A stretch of DNA of 32,854 nt from a virus. Lineage: Duplodnaviria > Heunggongvirae > Uroviricota > Caudoviricetes. The stretch is from IMG/VR virus record IMGVR_UViG_2703718859_000017, one strand, 5' to 3'. Shown piece by piece: positions 17,812 through 27,228 of this stretch. A program made the position numbers and the translations under genes. The notes under the pieces are model-generated. The model saw only the letters and a list, made by a program, of their open reading frames with translations. It was not told the origin of the DNA and searched no databases. Positions within the stretch are counted from its first letter, which is position 1. Every line of letters begins with the position of its first letter.

Positions 17812-18840
17812 TTATGCGCCGCCAGGTGCGGGCTCTTCTGCCGCTTCTGCGCCCTTGATGGTCAGCTTGTCGTAGGCCGCGTAAATTTCGTCGTGCTCCA
17901 CGGCGTAACCTTCCATGCGCAGATAGTTGTTTTCAAAACGCTTGCGATCGTCGTTCCACTCCGCACGGCGCTGACGGGTGCCGCGCTGCGTGTAGATGTG
18001 AAGGTTTGCCAGCGTGGTGACAATCAGGCGTCCTTCCGGCATGAACGGCGGGGTGTATGCTGTCAGCCCGGCGATCTGGCGACCGATAAGCTGCGCGGCC
18101 ACTTTTTCCGTGGGGGCGTCGATGGCGTTAAGCAGCGTCACCTTGTCCTGTGCCACAAGATCGGGCGCAACCAGTACCACCAGATCCGGATGACCGCGAT
18201 ACGACTCATCAATGAGGGTGTGCACGAGGTCTGCCACGGCTGCATCCAGCCCGATAAAGTCGCCACCCTTGCCCAGCGTCGGGCCAGCCTCCACGATCTG
18301 TTTTGCGCTGCGGCCTTTGACGATGGCATGCCAGCCGGTGTTGACGTCCTCGCCGCTTTTGTTGGTTACCGGGTCGGTATCTTCGGCCACGCTGGTACCG
18401 TTAAAGGCAATGCGCAGGATATCCAGCGCGATCTGTCTGTTAACAAAATTCTGAATGCGGTTAAAGAACTCGTTTTCACCGCCTGCGTTTGCCCAGGTGA
18501 CCAGTGTGGTGTACAGGAGGTGGGCACCGGAATCGGTTTCAGCCAGCTTGTATTCATTCCCGGTAACACCCAGCGGAAGGGTGAAGCGGGCATTTTTTTT
18601 ACGTCCGGTATGGAGGCCCGGAACGCCGGTGGTGACCACCTGGCCTGTCACCTGTTCAACATCCAGCACGTTCGGCAGTTTTGATAAAAACTCGTCGGAG
18701 TGCATGATGGCGTCACGCAGCGCGGTCTCCTTCGGGTCAGACAGCGCAAAATAGCGTGTGACGTCGTCAACTCCGTTTGCCGCACCCAGCCCGGCAGCGT
18801 ACTTACGAAGCAGTGATTCGGTTTTCTGGTTCAGTTGCAT
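17812..18840 (-). CDS. N: Major capsid protein, P2 gpN-like
   Basis: 342 aa. Motifs GKGGDFIGLDA and HPDLVVLVAPDL correspond to remembered P2 gpN segments. Confidence 0.85.
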   Translation of the reverse strand: MQLNQKTESLLRKYAAGLGAANGVDDVTRYFALSDPKETALRDAIMHSDEFLSKLPNVLDVEQVTGQVVTTGVPGLHTGRKKNARFTLPLGVTGNEYKLAETDSGAHLLYTTLVTWANAGGENEFFNRIQNFVNRQIALDILRIAFNGTSVAEDTDPVTNKSGEDVNTGWHAIVKGRSAKQIVEAGPTLGKGGDFIGLDAAVADLVHTLIDESYRGHPDLVVLVAPDLVAQDKVTLLNAIDAPTEKVAAQLIGRQIAGLTAYTPPFMPEGRLIVTTLANLHIYTQRGTRQRRAEWNDDRKRFENNYLRMEGYAVEHDEIYAAYDKLTIKGAEAAEEPAPGGA

Positions 18841-18851
18841 GTTGCGTATCC

Positions 18852-19901
18852 TTAAACAAAGTCAAACGGTTTTTCGCTTTCTGCCGGTGCGCCAGCCGGG
18901 CGCGGCGTGATGCCGGTGGCTGACAGCTTCGTGGTCAGGTCGTTAAGTTTTTCGGCAATGGCTTTGATTTCTTCTTTGTCGGTGTCGTCCCGGCGACGGG
19001 CGGCAAAGCGGCGGTAACGTTCGCCTTTTTCCGGTGTGATGGTGCTGAAGGCTTTGATGGCGTCTTCCAGCTTCGCTTTTGCAGCGGTAAAGGTTTCGGC
19101 CTTAACCTCGTCTTCCGGGGCGGCTTTCACTTCTTCTGCCAGCTCTGCCACCTCTGCGGCGGCGTCGGCGATTTCGGCGGCGATTTCCGCGACTTCGGCT
19201 TTTGCTTCTTCCGGCGTGTCTGCTGTGCCCTCGCCAGCGGCAGTGGCGCTGCCGCCTTCCACCAGGGTGATCAGCTTTTCAAGCAGTGCTTTAATTTCGT
19301 CCATTTTTGCGTCCTCGCCTGTATCAGGCTTACTGGTATCGGTGTTGTCGGTCTGTCCTGCGCTGAACAGGCGTTTCAGGAATGATTCAGGTTTACGGGG
19401 GGCCGGGGAGGTGTCCGGTGACAGGCTGCCCAGCGTGAACGTCTGGCAGTTCGCCCGCTGTGCCGTGTATTCCTCGTTGTTCAGAGTGAAGCGGATTTTT
19501 TCCGTCCCCAGACTGGCAGGGATATCCGTCACCGCCACGCCCAGGAGATAGTCGCGTCCGCTCCGGGCGAAGTTCTCCACTATCTCGGCGGATGTGAACA
19601 GCTTCTGCCCCAGTCTGTTGGCTTCAATCAGGTACTGGTTAGGGACCAGCCGTGCGTAGAGGCGGGTTTTACCGTCCTCGCCGGTTTCCGCTTTCAGTGA
19701 GTCCACTTCACCCAGATTACTGGTGTACTGGCGGTGTCCGATTTCTTCCTCATGCCAGGGCCACAGCAGCGCCGTGTAGGTGTTGCGGGAATAGGTTTCA
19801 GCGGCATCAGTCAGCCACTGCGGATCAATTTCGCGGCCGTCAACGGTCGGTCCTGATGTGGCGATACATATCCAGTCGGTCATCAACGTTGGCTGCGGCA
19901 T
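18852..19901 (-). CDS. O: Capsid scaffolding protein, P2 gpO-like
   Basis: ORF track 18852..20093. Preferred ATG at 19901 with an AAGAGG SD. C-terminal Ala/Glu-rich coiled-coil region typical of scaffolds. Divergent from P. Confidence 0.75.
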   Translation of the reverse strand: MPQPTLMTDWICIATSGPTVDGREIDPQWLTDAAETYSRNTYTALLWPWHEEEIGHRQYTSNLGEVDSLKAETGEDGKTRLYARLVPNQYLIEANRLGQKLFTSAEIVENFARSGRDYLLGVAVTDIPASLGTEKIRFTLNNEEYTAQRANCQTFTLGSLSPDTSPAPRKPESFLKRLFSAGQTDNTDTSKPDTGEDAKMDEIKALLEKLITLVEGGSATAAGEGTADTPEEAKAEVAEIAAEIADAAAEVAELAEEVKAAPEDEVKAETFTAAKAKLEDAIKAFSTITPEKGERYRRFAARRRDDTDKEEIKAIAEKLNDLTTKLSATGITPRPAGAPAESEKPFDFV

Positions 19902-19980
19902 CGTGGCCTCTTTTACGTGAAAATCTGAAGAACTCCGGTGAGTGTCGGGATTTTTACAGCGGGGGGCTACTGGCTGAATT

Positions 19981-20020
19981 CGGCTGTCTTCGGATAACGC
20001 GGGATAACCGAACACAGCCG
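19981..20020. promoter_or_regulatory. 40-bp imperfect dyad-symmetry element (16/20 matching half-site positions) in the divergent O/P late promoter region
   Basis: Read directly: cggctgtcttcggataacgc | gggataaccgaacacagccg. Lies 27 bp upstream of the P start. Contains TGT...ACA ends. Confidence 0.35.
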
Positions 20021-20046
20021 AAATTTTCTGCCTGAATGCGGGCCGG

Positions 20047-21873
20047 ATGCGCCGCCATAATGGGCGCATGGCTAAATATTCTGACGAAATCAAAGAGGCG
20101 GCGCGATCGCTTTACCTGAAGCGGTGGCACCCCCGCGATATTGCGGCGGAACTCGGTATTCCGCCGCGCACGGTTTACCACTGGTGTGATGTGGGGCAGT
20201 GGGCTGCCCTGCTGCCCGCTGAATCCGTTGAGGACGTGATCGCCCGGCGTATTGATGTTCTGACCGGACGGGAGGGCAAGACAGAGTGTGAACTTGCCGA
20301 ACTGCGTGAACTTATCGCGCAGCACGTGAAGATCATCGCCCAGAAAAACAAACATGCTGAAAGGATGGCGGAAATTGCCGCCCTGCGTCCGGCAGGGTAT
20401 GAGGACGGCGCGGCTGCGGGGACCTGCGGCGGGGGAGAAGGGAAAAAGCGGCGCTACCGGAAAAACGACGTTTCCGGACTGACTGCTGAAATGCTGGATG
20501 AATGGGCGCGTAAAAATCTTTATGCCTACCAGCTGCACTGCCGCGAGAACCGGCACCGTGAGCGCCGTTTCATCCTCAAGAGCCGCCAGATCGGCATGAC
20601 CTGGTATTTTGCATGGGAGGCGTTCGAAGATGCGGTGGTGACTGGTGATAACCAGATTTTCTTTTCTGCGTCACGGGTACAGGCGGAAATCTTTCGTGAA
20701 TATATTATTAACTTCGCCCTGCAGTTCGGGATCACGCTCACGGGTAAGCATATCCGTCTGAGCAATGGTGCAATGCTGCGTTTCCTGTCCACCAATGCCA
20801 GTACCGCCCAGGGATTTAACGGCCACCTTTACGGCGATGAGGTGTTCTGGATCCCAAAATTCACGCGACTGCATGAAGTGGCCTCGGCAATGGCGACCCA
20901 CGACAAATACCGCACGACGTATTTTTCCACACCCAGCGCCAAAACCCACCAGGCTTATCTGGTCTGGAATGGTGACGACTGGCGCGGGGATGATCCGGCG
21001 CGTCGTGCTGTTGAGTTTCCGAAAGAAAGCGCGATGCGTGTGGGCTGTGAATGCCCTGACGGGATCTGGCGCTACATTATCCGGCTGGAAGAGGCGGTGG
21101 CGGGTGGCCTGTCTGCACGGGTTGATATTGAACGTATCAGGAACCGCTACAACCCGACCACTTACGCGATGCTGTACGGCTGCGAGTTTGTTGACAGCAA
21201 GGATGCGGTATTTAAGTTCTCCGAACTGGTCAGGTGTGAGGTGGAGATGGAGACGTGGGGTGACTACGATCCCACGGCGGCACGTCCGTTCGGCAATCGT
21301 GAGGTGTGGGCGGGCTTTGACCCGTCAAGGTCCGGGGATAATTCCACGTTTGTGATTGTGGCCCCGCCTGTCCATGAGGGCGAGCGGTTCCGTGTGCTCG
21401 CTGTCTGGCAGTGGCAGGGATTTAACTTCACCTGGCAGGCCGATCAGATCCGCGAACTGATGCAGCGCTTTAACATTACCTATATCGGCATAGATATCAC
21501 CGGTATCGGGAAAGGGGTGTTTGATATCGTCAGTCGCTTTGCGCCACGTGAGGCTAACGCCATTCTTTACAGCGTGGAGAGCAAAAACCGCCTGGTGATG
21601 AAAATGATAGACGTGGTGGCCCATAAGCGTATCGAGTGGGCGAAAGACGCCATTGATGAGGCCAGCCGTGAACGCACGGAGATCCCCGCGTCGTTCATGT
21701 CCATACGCCGCACCACCACAAAAAGCGGTAACGCGCTGACGTTCGTGGCGGAACGGTCGGATGTTACGGGGCATGCGGATGTGTTTTTTGCCATTTCGCA
21801 CGCCGTGATTAATGAGCCTGTAGATTATGACTATGAACGCCCGTCCACATGGGCCTTCGGGAAAGCCGCATGA
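20047..21873 (+). CDS. P: Terminase large (ATPase) subunit, P2 gpP-like
   Basis: 608 aa ORF divergent from O and followed by the portal gene with an ATGA overlap. Alternative start at 20068. Confidence 0.85.
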   Translation: MRRHNGRMAKYSDEIKEAARSLYLKRWHPRDIAAELGIPPRTVYHWCDVGQWAALLPAESVEDVIARRIDVLTGREGKTECELAELRELIAQHVKIIAQKNKHAERMAEIAALRPAGYEDGAAAGTCGGGEGKKRRYRKNDVSGLTAEMLDEWARKNLYAYQLHCRENRHRERRFILKSRQIGMTWYFAWEAFEDAVVTGDNQIFFSASRVQAEIFREYIINFALQFGITLTGKHIRLSNGAMLRFLSTNASTAQGFNGHLYGDEVFWIPKFTRLHEVASAMATHDKYRTTYFSTPSAKTHQAYLVWNGDDWRGDDPARRAVEFPKESAMRVGCECPDGIWRYIIRLEEAVAGGLSARVDIERIRNRYNPTTYAMLYGCEFVDSKDAVFKFSELVRCEVEMETWGDYDPTAARPFGNREVWAGFDPSRSGDNSTFVIVAPPVHEGERFRVLAVWQWQGFNFTWQADQIRELMQRFNITYIGIDITGIGKGVFDIVSRFAPREANAILYSVESKNRLVMKMIDVVAHKRIEWAKDAIDEASRERTEIPASFMSIRRTTTKSGNALTFVAERSDVTGHADVFFAISHAVINEPVDYDYERPSTWAFGKAA

Positions 21874-22922
21874 GCAAGAAACGCAGAAACAAAACGTCAC
21901 GCGTGACGAAAAAAGCATTCACGCCCGCACGTGGCAGCACAATCACGTTTGGTCAGCCTGAACCGGTGCTGACCACCGGCACGGACTACCATAACATCTG
22001 GTATGACAACGAACACAACCACTGGCAGCTGCCGATTAACCGCCTGGCACTGGCGCAGCTCCCGAACCTTAACGCCCAGCACGGTGGGGTGCTGTATGCC
22101 CGCCGTAACATGGTGGCGGGGGGCTATACCGGTGGTGGCCTCACAACGGACCAGATGGAACAGGCGGTATTTGACTACCTGTTGTTCGGCGATCTCGCCC
22201 TGCTCAAGGTGCGTAACGTATTCGGCGACGTCGTGGCACTTGAGCCGCTTCCGTCGCTGTATCTCCGGCGCCGCAAAACCGGTGAGTTCGTGGTGCTTCA
22301 GGAAGGTCCCGCGCTGGTCTATACGCCGGAAGATATTATCTTTCTGCGGATGTATGATCCGCGTCAGCAAATTTACGGGCTGCCGGATTATATCGGTGGC
22401 ATTCACTCGGCGCTGCTGAACAGCGAGGCCAGCCTTTTTCGTCGCCGTTACTACAACAACGGGGCGCATATGGGGTTTTTGCTGTATACGAACGACCCGG
22501 GGATCACCACGGAGATGGAGGATGAGATCCGCGAGAAGGTGGCGGAGTCTAAGGGGCTGGGAAATTTCCGCAATCTGTACATCAACATCCCCAAAGGTTC
22601 GCCGGATGGAGTGAAAATTATTCCGATTGGTGAGGTGAGCGCCAAGGATGAATTTTCAAACATCAAGGGGATCAGCGCCCAGGATGTGTTTACGGCACAC
22701 CGCTTTCCTGCCGGTCTTGCGGGGATCATCCCCACGAACGGAGCCACCATCCCTAACCCGGAAACGACGCGTGAAACGTACCGCAAGGATGAGGTGATAC
22801 CGCTTCAGCGTAAAATCATGAACGCCGTGAACAGCGATCCCGATATACCGGAACACCTTTATCTTTGTTTTGATGTGGAAGCCGGGCATGTGGCGGAAGA
22901 AAAAGCGGTACCGGTCGGGTAA
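21870..22922 (+). CDS. Q: Portal protein, P2 gpQ-like
   Basis: ORF track 21849..22922. ATG at 21870 overlaps the terminase stop. About 350 aa, matching P2 gpQ. Confidence 0.8.
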   Translation: MSKKRRNKTSRVTKKAFTPARGSTITFGQPEPVLTTGTDYHNIWYDNEHNHWQLPINRLALAQLPNLNAQHGGVLYARRNMVAGGYTGGGLTTDQMEQAVFDYLLFGDLALLKVRNVFGDVVALEPLPSLYLRRRKTGEFVVLQEGPALVYTPEDIIFLRMYDPRQQIYGLPDYIGGIHSALLNSEASLFRRRYYNNGAHMGFLLYTNDPGITTEMEDEIREKVAESKGLGNFRNLYINIPKGSPDGVKIIPIGEVSAKDEFSNIKGISAQDVFTAHRFPAGLAGIIPTNGATIPNPETTRETYRKDEVIPLQRKIMNAVNSDPDIPEHLYLCFDVEAGHVAEEKAVPVG

Positions 22923-22959
22923 AATGTCCTCCCCTGGGTACGTGTTATCGGGAGGTAAG

Positions 22960-23223
22960 ATGCGGATTTTTAAAGCCCGGTGTCCTGACTGTGGCGCACC
23001 TGCTGTCATCCGGAAGACAGACTGGAAAACCCCTGAACTTGCGGATCTGTACTGTGCATGCAGTGATGTCGAATGCGGGCATACCTTCGTCTGTACGATG
23101 ACCTTTTCCCATACCCTCAGCCCCGGCGCCCGCTCCGGTCGCAATATGGTGAAGTTTCTTGTTGATGCCATGCGCCCGGAAGATCGCCGGTATGCACTTG
23201 AACTTCTGTCGCGGCGTTCCTGA
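22960..23223 (+). CDS. ogr: Ogr/Delta-family zinc-finger late transcription activator
   Basis: 87 aa from ATG 22960 (GGAGG SD at 22951-22955). Cys pattern C-X2-C-X22-C-X4-C (CPDC ... CSDVEC) matches the Ogr zinc finger. Confidence 0.75.
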   Translation: MRIFKARCPDCGAPAVIRKTDWKTPELADLYCACSDVECGHTFVCTMTFSHTLSPGARSGRNMVKFLVDAMRPEDRRYALELLSRRS

Positions 23224-23250
23224 CGCGCTTCGCTTGTCTGCTGCTTCGCC

Positions 23251-23273
23251 GGGGCAAAAAGAATTTTTGCCCC
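23251..23273. terminator. Perfect 10-bp stem hairpin GGGGCAAAAA-GAA-TTTTTGCCCC between convergent ogr and accessory ORF; candidate bidirectional terminator
   Basis: Read directly in the 62-bp gap between the ogr stop (23223) and the minus-strand ORF stop (23286). Confidence 0.4.
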
Positions 23274-23285
23274 GACTCACCAGCT

Positions 23286-23849
23286 TCATGAAAAATCTGG
23301 TACTGAATACAGAGGCGTAACCTGAAATCCGTTACACTTCCAGGACTGCGCTATATCTGGTGACTGCGTGATGGCGGGTAACGGGATTCTGTCATTCCAG
23401 GTCACCCATGCCTTTGGCTCAGAGGTCAGAATCATTAACGCAATGCGGTAACTTTGTAGCCTGGCCTCATCATCCTCTGAAAGCCCGAACGGGATATCTG
23501 ATTTTACCTCATCCATCTGTTCGATTTTCTTCCCTAAAAATACCGCGAGGAAGTTTCTGCTCTCCTGGCATAAGGCCATTTCCGGTATTGTGTACAGTGA
23601 TTCAACATGTCGGCCTGCACGGTTCCAGGCTTTCACAGCGACATCGTGTCGTGTAATGTCGAAAGAAAGACTTTCTTTGCCCGGAGTGGGTGATCTCCAT
23701 GCTACCGCCTTTGCGGTAAGTGCCTCCAGTGTAATACGGTGTACGCATAAGCGCATGAGGGTGTCATCGTCAGAAATCTCCTGTGTGTTCATTTTTTCAA
23801 GCTGCTCAATTTCATGGAGGTTATATTTTTTTAGTTGTCTTCTTTTCAT
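23286..23849 (-). CDS. Hypothetical accessory protein (187 aa), AT-rich
   Basis: ORF track 23286..23903. Preferred ATG at 23849 with an AAGGAAA SD. No recognisable motif. Lower GC than neighbouring phage core. Confidence 0.4.
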   Translation of the reverse strand: MKRRQLKKYNLHEIEQLEKMNTQEISDDDTLMRLCVHRITLEALTAKAVAWRSPTPGKESLSFDITRHDVAVKAWNRAGRHVESLYTIPEMALCQESRNFLAVFLGKKIEQMDEVKSDIPFGLSEDDEARLQSYRIALMILTSEPKAWVTWNDRIPLPAITQSPDIAQSWKCNGFQVTPLYSVPDFS

Positions 23850-23865
23850 ATGTTTTTCCTTTCGG

Positions 23866-24030
23866 TCACGAGAGTAACCAGATAACTGCAACGGTTGCCG
23901 CATAAATTCTGGCGATAAAGCCTGCTGTGAAGTGGCGAAACGGGTTTTCCCACGTCAGGAATGCCATTAAAGCAATCCATGCAATGGTAAAAATCAGTGC
24001 GCCCTTAACGGCGATAAACAGTTCGTTCAT
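23866..24030 (-). CDS. Small hydrophobic protein (54 aa, two predicted TM helices)
   Basis: Manual translation MNELFIAVKGALIFTIAWIALMAFLTWENPFRHFTAGFIARIYAATVAVIWLLS; AAGGAGA SD 7 nt upstream. Below the ORF-track size cut-off. Confidence 0.4.
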   Translation of the reverse strand: MNELFIAVKGALIFTIAWIALMAFLTWENPFRHFTAGFIARIYAATVAVIWLLS

Positions 24031-24103
24031 TGTGGTGTTCTCCTTTGTGTGTCGGGCGAATGAATTGCGTTGCGGTGAAAAAATCGGGCGCGTCAGTGCG
24101 GCC

Positions 24104-24259
24104 TTACTGCTGACGGCGTTCCCGGAGTTCGGTCAGTGCTGCAAGTAAATTCTCCCACCACGTTTCTTCCACGACCGGGTTTTGTCGTGAAAGCAGCTGC
24201 TGTGCCGACTCAATCATTTTCGTAAGCTCCCTGTCGCTGATCCTCCTGGTGTCGTTCAT
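24104..24259 (-). CDS. Small hypothetical protein (51 aa from internal ATG)
   Basis: ORF track 24104..24298. ATG at 24259 has a strong AAGGAG SD; the upstream ATG has none. Confidence 0.35.
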   Translation of the reverse strand: MNDTRRISDRELTKMIESAQQLLSRQNPVVEETWWENLLAALTELRERRQQ

Positions 24260-24307
24260 TGTGCGCTCCTTTAGTTGGCTGTTTCTGGTCATGTTCATGG
24301 TCTTTGT

Positions 24308-24712
24308 TTACCTGCGTGATTGTCTGCCAGCGGCTGAATGCACATAGCGGGCAATTGCCGCTTTGCGGTTAATCGTGACCAGTGTTCTGGTGAGTTCTGC
24401 GTTGTGTTTGTGTGCCTGCTCTTCGTGGTACTGCCGCATGATTTTTCCGGCAGGCGTGAGCGGCTCCGGCTCTCCGGGCGGACGGCGCGGACGAACGGCG
24501 ACAAGCCAGCTGCGGTTGGTGCTGTCCGGTCGTCCGTTGAGTATGTCGGTGATGATGGCCGTGGTGGTGCGATCGGGACTGACGACCGTGATTTCCAGCT
24601 CATCGCCCGGTTGTGGTCCCATGGCAATGTTGTTCAGGGTCAGTAAGGGCGTGCGCTGGCGCATCATTTCGTCAAAGCGCTGGCGCTGCATGGCGCAATA
24701 AAAGCGGGTCAT
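24308..24712 (-). CDS. Hypothetical protein (134 aa) translationally coupled to the 3' end of gene A
   Basis: ORF track. Start overlaps the A stop. Occupies the position of P2 orf91. Confidence 0.4.
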   Translation of the reverse strand: MTRFYCAMQRQRFDEMMRQRTPLLTLNNIAMGPQPGDELEITVVSPDRTTTAIITDILNGRPDSTNRSWLVAVRPRRPPGEPEPLTPAGKIMRQYHEEQAHKHNAELTRTLVTINRKAAIARYVHSAAGRQSRR

Positions 24713-27228
24713 TGTGGCGCCTCCGTATTCGGTGCGGGAGTGATATCAATGCGGCGGGTGCTGTCATTCCAGTACGCGGTGCGCCCGTCAGCCAGGCGCA
24801 CGCGGGCACCGTGACGGACGGAAACGACGGCGCTTTCATGCAGCTGCACGCCCAGCGCATCAAGCTCACGGGTGATTTGTGCGGTGATGTGTGGCTCAGC
24901 GGTCAGTGCGACACTCACGCGAACGCCGCCAGCGGGCGCACTGATGCCGCCGTTTTTCACGGTTTCCGTGTCAGGTGGCGGGTTTTTCAGCTGCCTGGTG
25001 AGTTGTTTTCGCTCTGTGGGGGTCAGTGACCTTAACCATTCACCCAAATCACCTTCCGGCAGGGTAAGTCGCTGCTCCCTGCGTCCGTCCGGCTGCCTTT
25101 CTGGCGGGTCGTTTATGGTCAGATTCTGGTCAGGGGGACAGTTATTGCCACGAGTCCAAGGTGCGGCAAAGCCGCACTCAACGTCAAAACCCTCGTCCGT
25201 GCGGTCTTCGTTTTCCGGCTTGCGTCTGACCAGTTTCCAGGTGTCCGGGTGGGTGCATATGGTGTAGCGCTCCCCGAGTGACGGGGCGCGGACGCCGTAA
25301 ATGCGTTGCGGGAATTCGCCGTAGTCGTTGGCCTCTTCGGCAGTTTCGTATGCGGTGCGGACCAGGTACGTGTTGCGGGGAATGAGCACACCACCCTGGC
25401 GGGTGATATAGGTGGCAAAACATCCCACGTCGGCGGCGGCCAGTATGGCGTCAATGTCGTCATGGTCCAGACGCTGCGGGGCAGTCGGGTTACGGGCCAT
25501 CTGCCCGGCAAGGCGGCGGAGTTCGCGCCATACCTGGCGGGGCGGGATACCGAAGAACTGGAACTGGCGGATGCGGTGAAGGGCCGCCCAGCCGATGGCG
25601 TTCTCCACGGTTTCGGCCATGGTTTTGCCTGATTCCTTATCGACGTAAGGTTTGCCGGTTTTCGGGTCATTCCCCATGAAGGCGCTGGCGTCCAGGTTCT
25701 TACCGATATAGGTCGCGATATAGCTTGCCGGTGTGCCTTTTGCCGGGTCGATTTTTTCGCATTTAAAACGCGGGGAGATATCATCACCCAGCTCTGCGCG
25801 GTCCTCCCTGATGGCGGCGTTGCGCATGATTTCAGTGATACGGGCTTCGTTTTCCGGGCTGGTGAATACCAGCATGTGCCAGTGCGGTGTACCGTCGTGG
25901 TGGGGCTCTACTGTGCGCACGCCGTACCAGCCCAGCCCGGCCTTGTTGATGGCCTTGCGGACGGCGGCGAAAAAGCGGTAAACCAGATAATCACTGGCAT
26001 CACGTACCGTTGCCCCGCAGTATTTCGGGTTCAGACTGCCGTCATCGTTCACGCTGTGAAAACGGGAAGGGGCTGTGACGGTGACGAAAAACGCCACGTC
26101 GCCGCGTGCTTCGGCGACCTGCTCCATCCCCCGGACGCAGGCCATCATCTCGTTACGGCGGTTACGCGGATTAGAGAGACCTGCCCAGTAGATATCCTCA
26201 AGGCTGAACCGTTCTCCTTCTTCGTTCTCGATGTCCCAGGCCTTCAGAAAATCGCGGGTGCGCTGGCGTTTTTCGCGCCAGTCCAGTAACGCTTCATGGC
26301 TGATATATATCGATGTCTTACGTGACACCAGACCTGCGGCGCGTAACAGCTCTTCACGCCAGATGTCCCGGAGGTGTCTTAACTGACTGTTCCACCATGT
26401 CGCACAGGAAAGGCGCATGACCGCACCCGGCACCTGTTCCGGGTCGGGGGCGGTGCGGCGGTCGGGCCTGATTTCCAGCGACGGCCAGCAGGGTGGCGTG
26501 ATACCCAGTTTTAACGCCATGTGTGCCAGTGGCTGGTAGGTCAGTAACCAGGTGAACAGGTCATCGTCACCCCTGCCGGTCTTTTCGATGACCTCATCAC
26601 ATGCGCGCTCCAGTGCGGTGGAAAACGCGGTGGCGGTCAGGGTGGCAAGGCGCTGGATTTCGTCACGGCTCAGCTGCGGCAGCATAAGCAGTTCATCCAG
26701 CCGTTCGCGTGCGGCGGTGGCCTTAAAGGCCGGGGTGGCAAAGCGTTCATTCACACGGGCGATACGTTTCAGGCGGGCACGCAGCCCGTGACGAACGAAG
26801 TTATCCGCCGCGTATGCGCTGTTGTTCTTAAGCCCTTCCCGGCGTGCGCTCTCCTGTTTGCGGCTCAGGCGTGCCAGGTCACGGATGAGCGGACCGGCAA
26901 GAAACGGCGGAAGGGCGCGCAGCTCTGCCATGGCTTCAGATACCAGTGTTGGCGGATTCTCGTGTTTGTGCCGCGCCAGTTTTTCCAGCCTGATCCGACG
27001 CTCTTCGTCGTGGTGAAGATGCGAATTAATTCGCTTGCCTTCGTCTGTGTTTGTCAGGAAGTCGACGGTCTCTTCATCCAGTCTTGCATCAATGCGAATG
27101 TCTTCGTTGATGTAGCTCTGAATGGCCTGGCGTAATGCGGTTGGTTGCGCTCTGCCGAACGTTTCAGGATCGATAACCGGTAGCGGGGCGTTCCACGGGT
27201 ACGCCAGCTGTGCATTGTGGTCACTCAT
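24709..27228 (-). CDS. A: Rolling-circle replication initiator (P2 gpA-like HUH endonuclease)
   Basis: ORF track 24709..27237 begins GTG; ATG at 27228 overlaps the upstream ORF stop (ATGA). Contains TPHWHMLVF (HUH motif) and YIATYIGK (active-site tyrosines). About 840 aa. Confidence 0.85.
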   Translation of the reverse strand: MSDHNAQLAYPWNAPLPVIDPETFGRAQPTALRQAIQSYINEDIRIDARLDEETVDFLTNTDEGKRINSHLHHDEERRIRLEKLARHKHENPPTLVSEAMAELRALPPFLAGPLIRDLARLSRKQESARREGLKNNSAYAADNFVRHGLRARLKRIARVNERFATPAFKATAARERLDELLMLPQLSRDEIQRLATLTATAFSTALERACDEVIEKTGRGDDDLFTWLLTYQPLAHMALKLGITPPCWPSLEIRPDRRTAPDPEQVPGAVMRLSCATWWNSQLRHLRDIWREELLRAAGLVSRKTSIYISHEALLDWREKRQRTRDFLKAWDIENEEGERFSLEDIYWAGLSNPRNRRNEMMACVRGMEQVAEARGDVAFFVTVTAPSRFHSVNDDGSLNPKYCGATVRDASDYLVYRFFAAVRKAINKAGLGWYGVRTVEPHHDGTPHWHMLVFTSPENEARITEIMRNAAIREDRAELGDDISPRFKCEKIDPAKGTPASYIATYIGKNLDASAFMGNDPKTGKPYVDKESGKTMAETVENAIGWAALHRIRQFQFFGIPPRQVWRELRRLAGQMARNPTAPQRLDHDDIDAILAAADVGCFATYITRQGGVLIPRNTYLVRTAYETAEEANDYGEFPQRIYGVRAPSLGERYTICTHPDTWKLVRRKPENEDRTDEGFDVECGFAAPWTRGNNCPPDQNLTINDPPERQPDGRREQRLTLPEGDLGEWLRSLTPTERKQLTRQLKNPPPDTETVKNGGISAPAGGVRVSVALTAEPHITAQITRELDALGVQLHESAVVSVRHGARVRLADGRTAYWNDSTRRIDITPAPNTEAPQ

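Noticed and set aside
21325-21918. 197-aa minus-strand ORF overlapping the terminase/portal junction
   Set aside because: Antisense to two strongly supported plus-strand genes that are translationally coupled; no independent signals.
23224-23285. P2-type cos site
   Set aside because: The position fits by circular permutation, but no sequence resembling the remembered P2/186 cohesive-end consensus was recognised. Kept only as a hypothesis in the findings.
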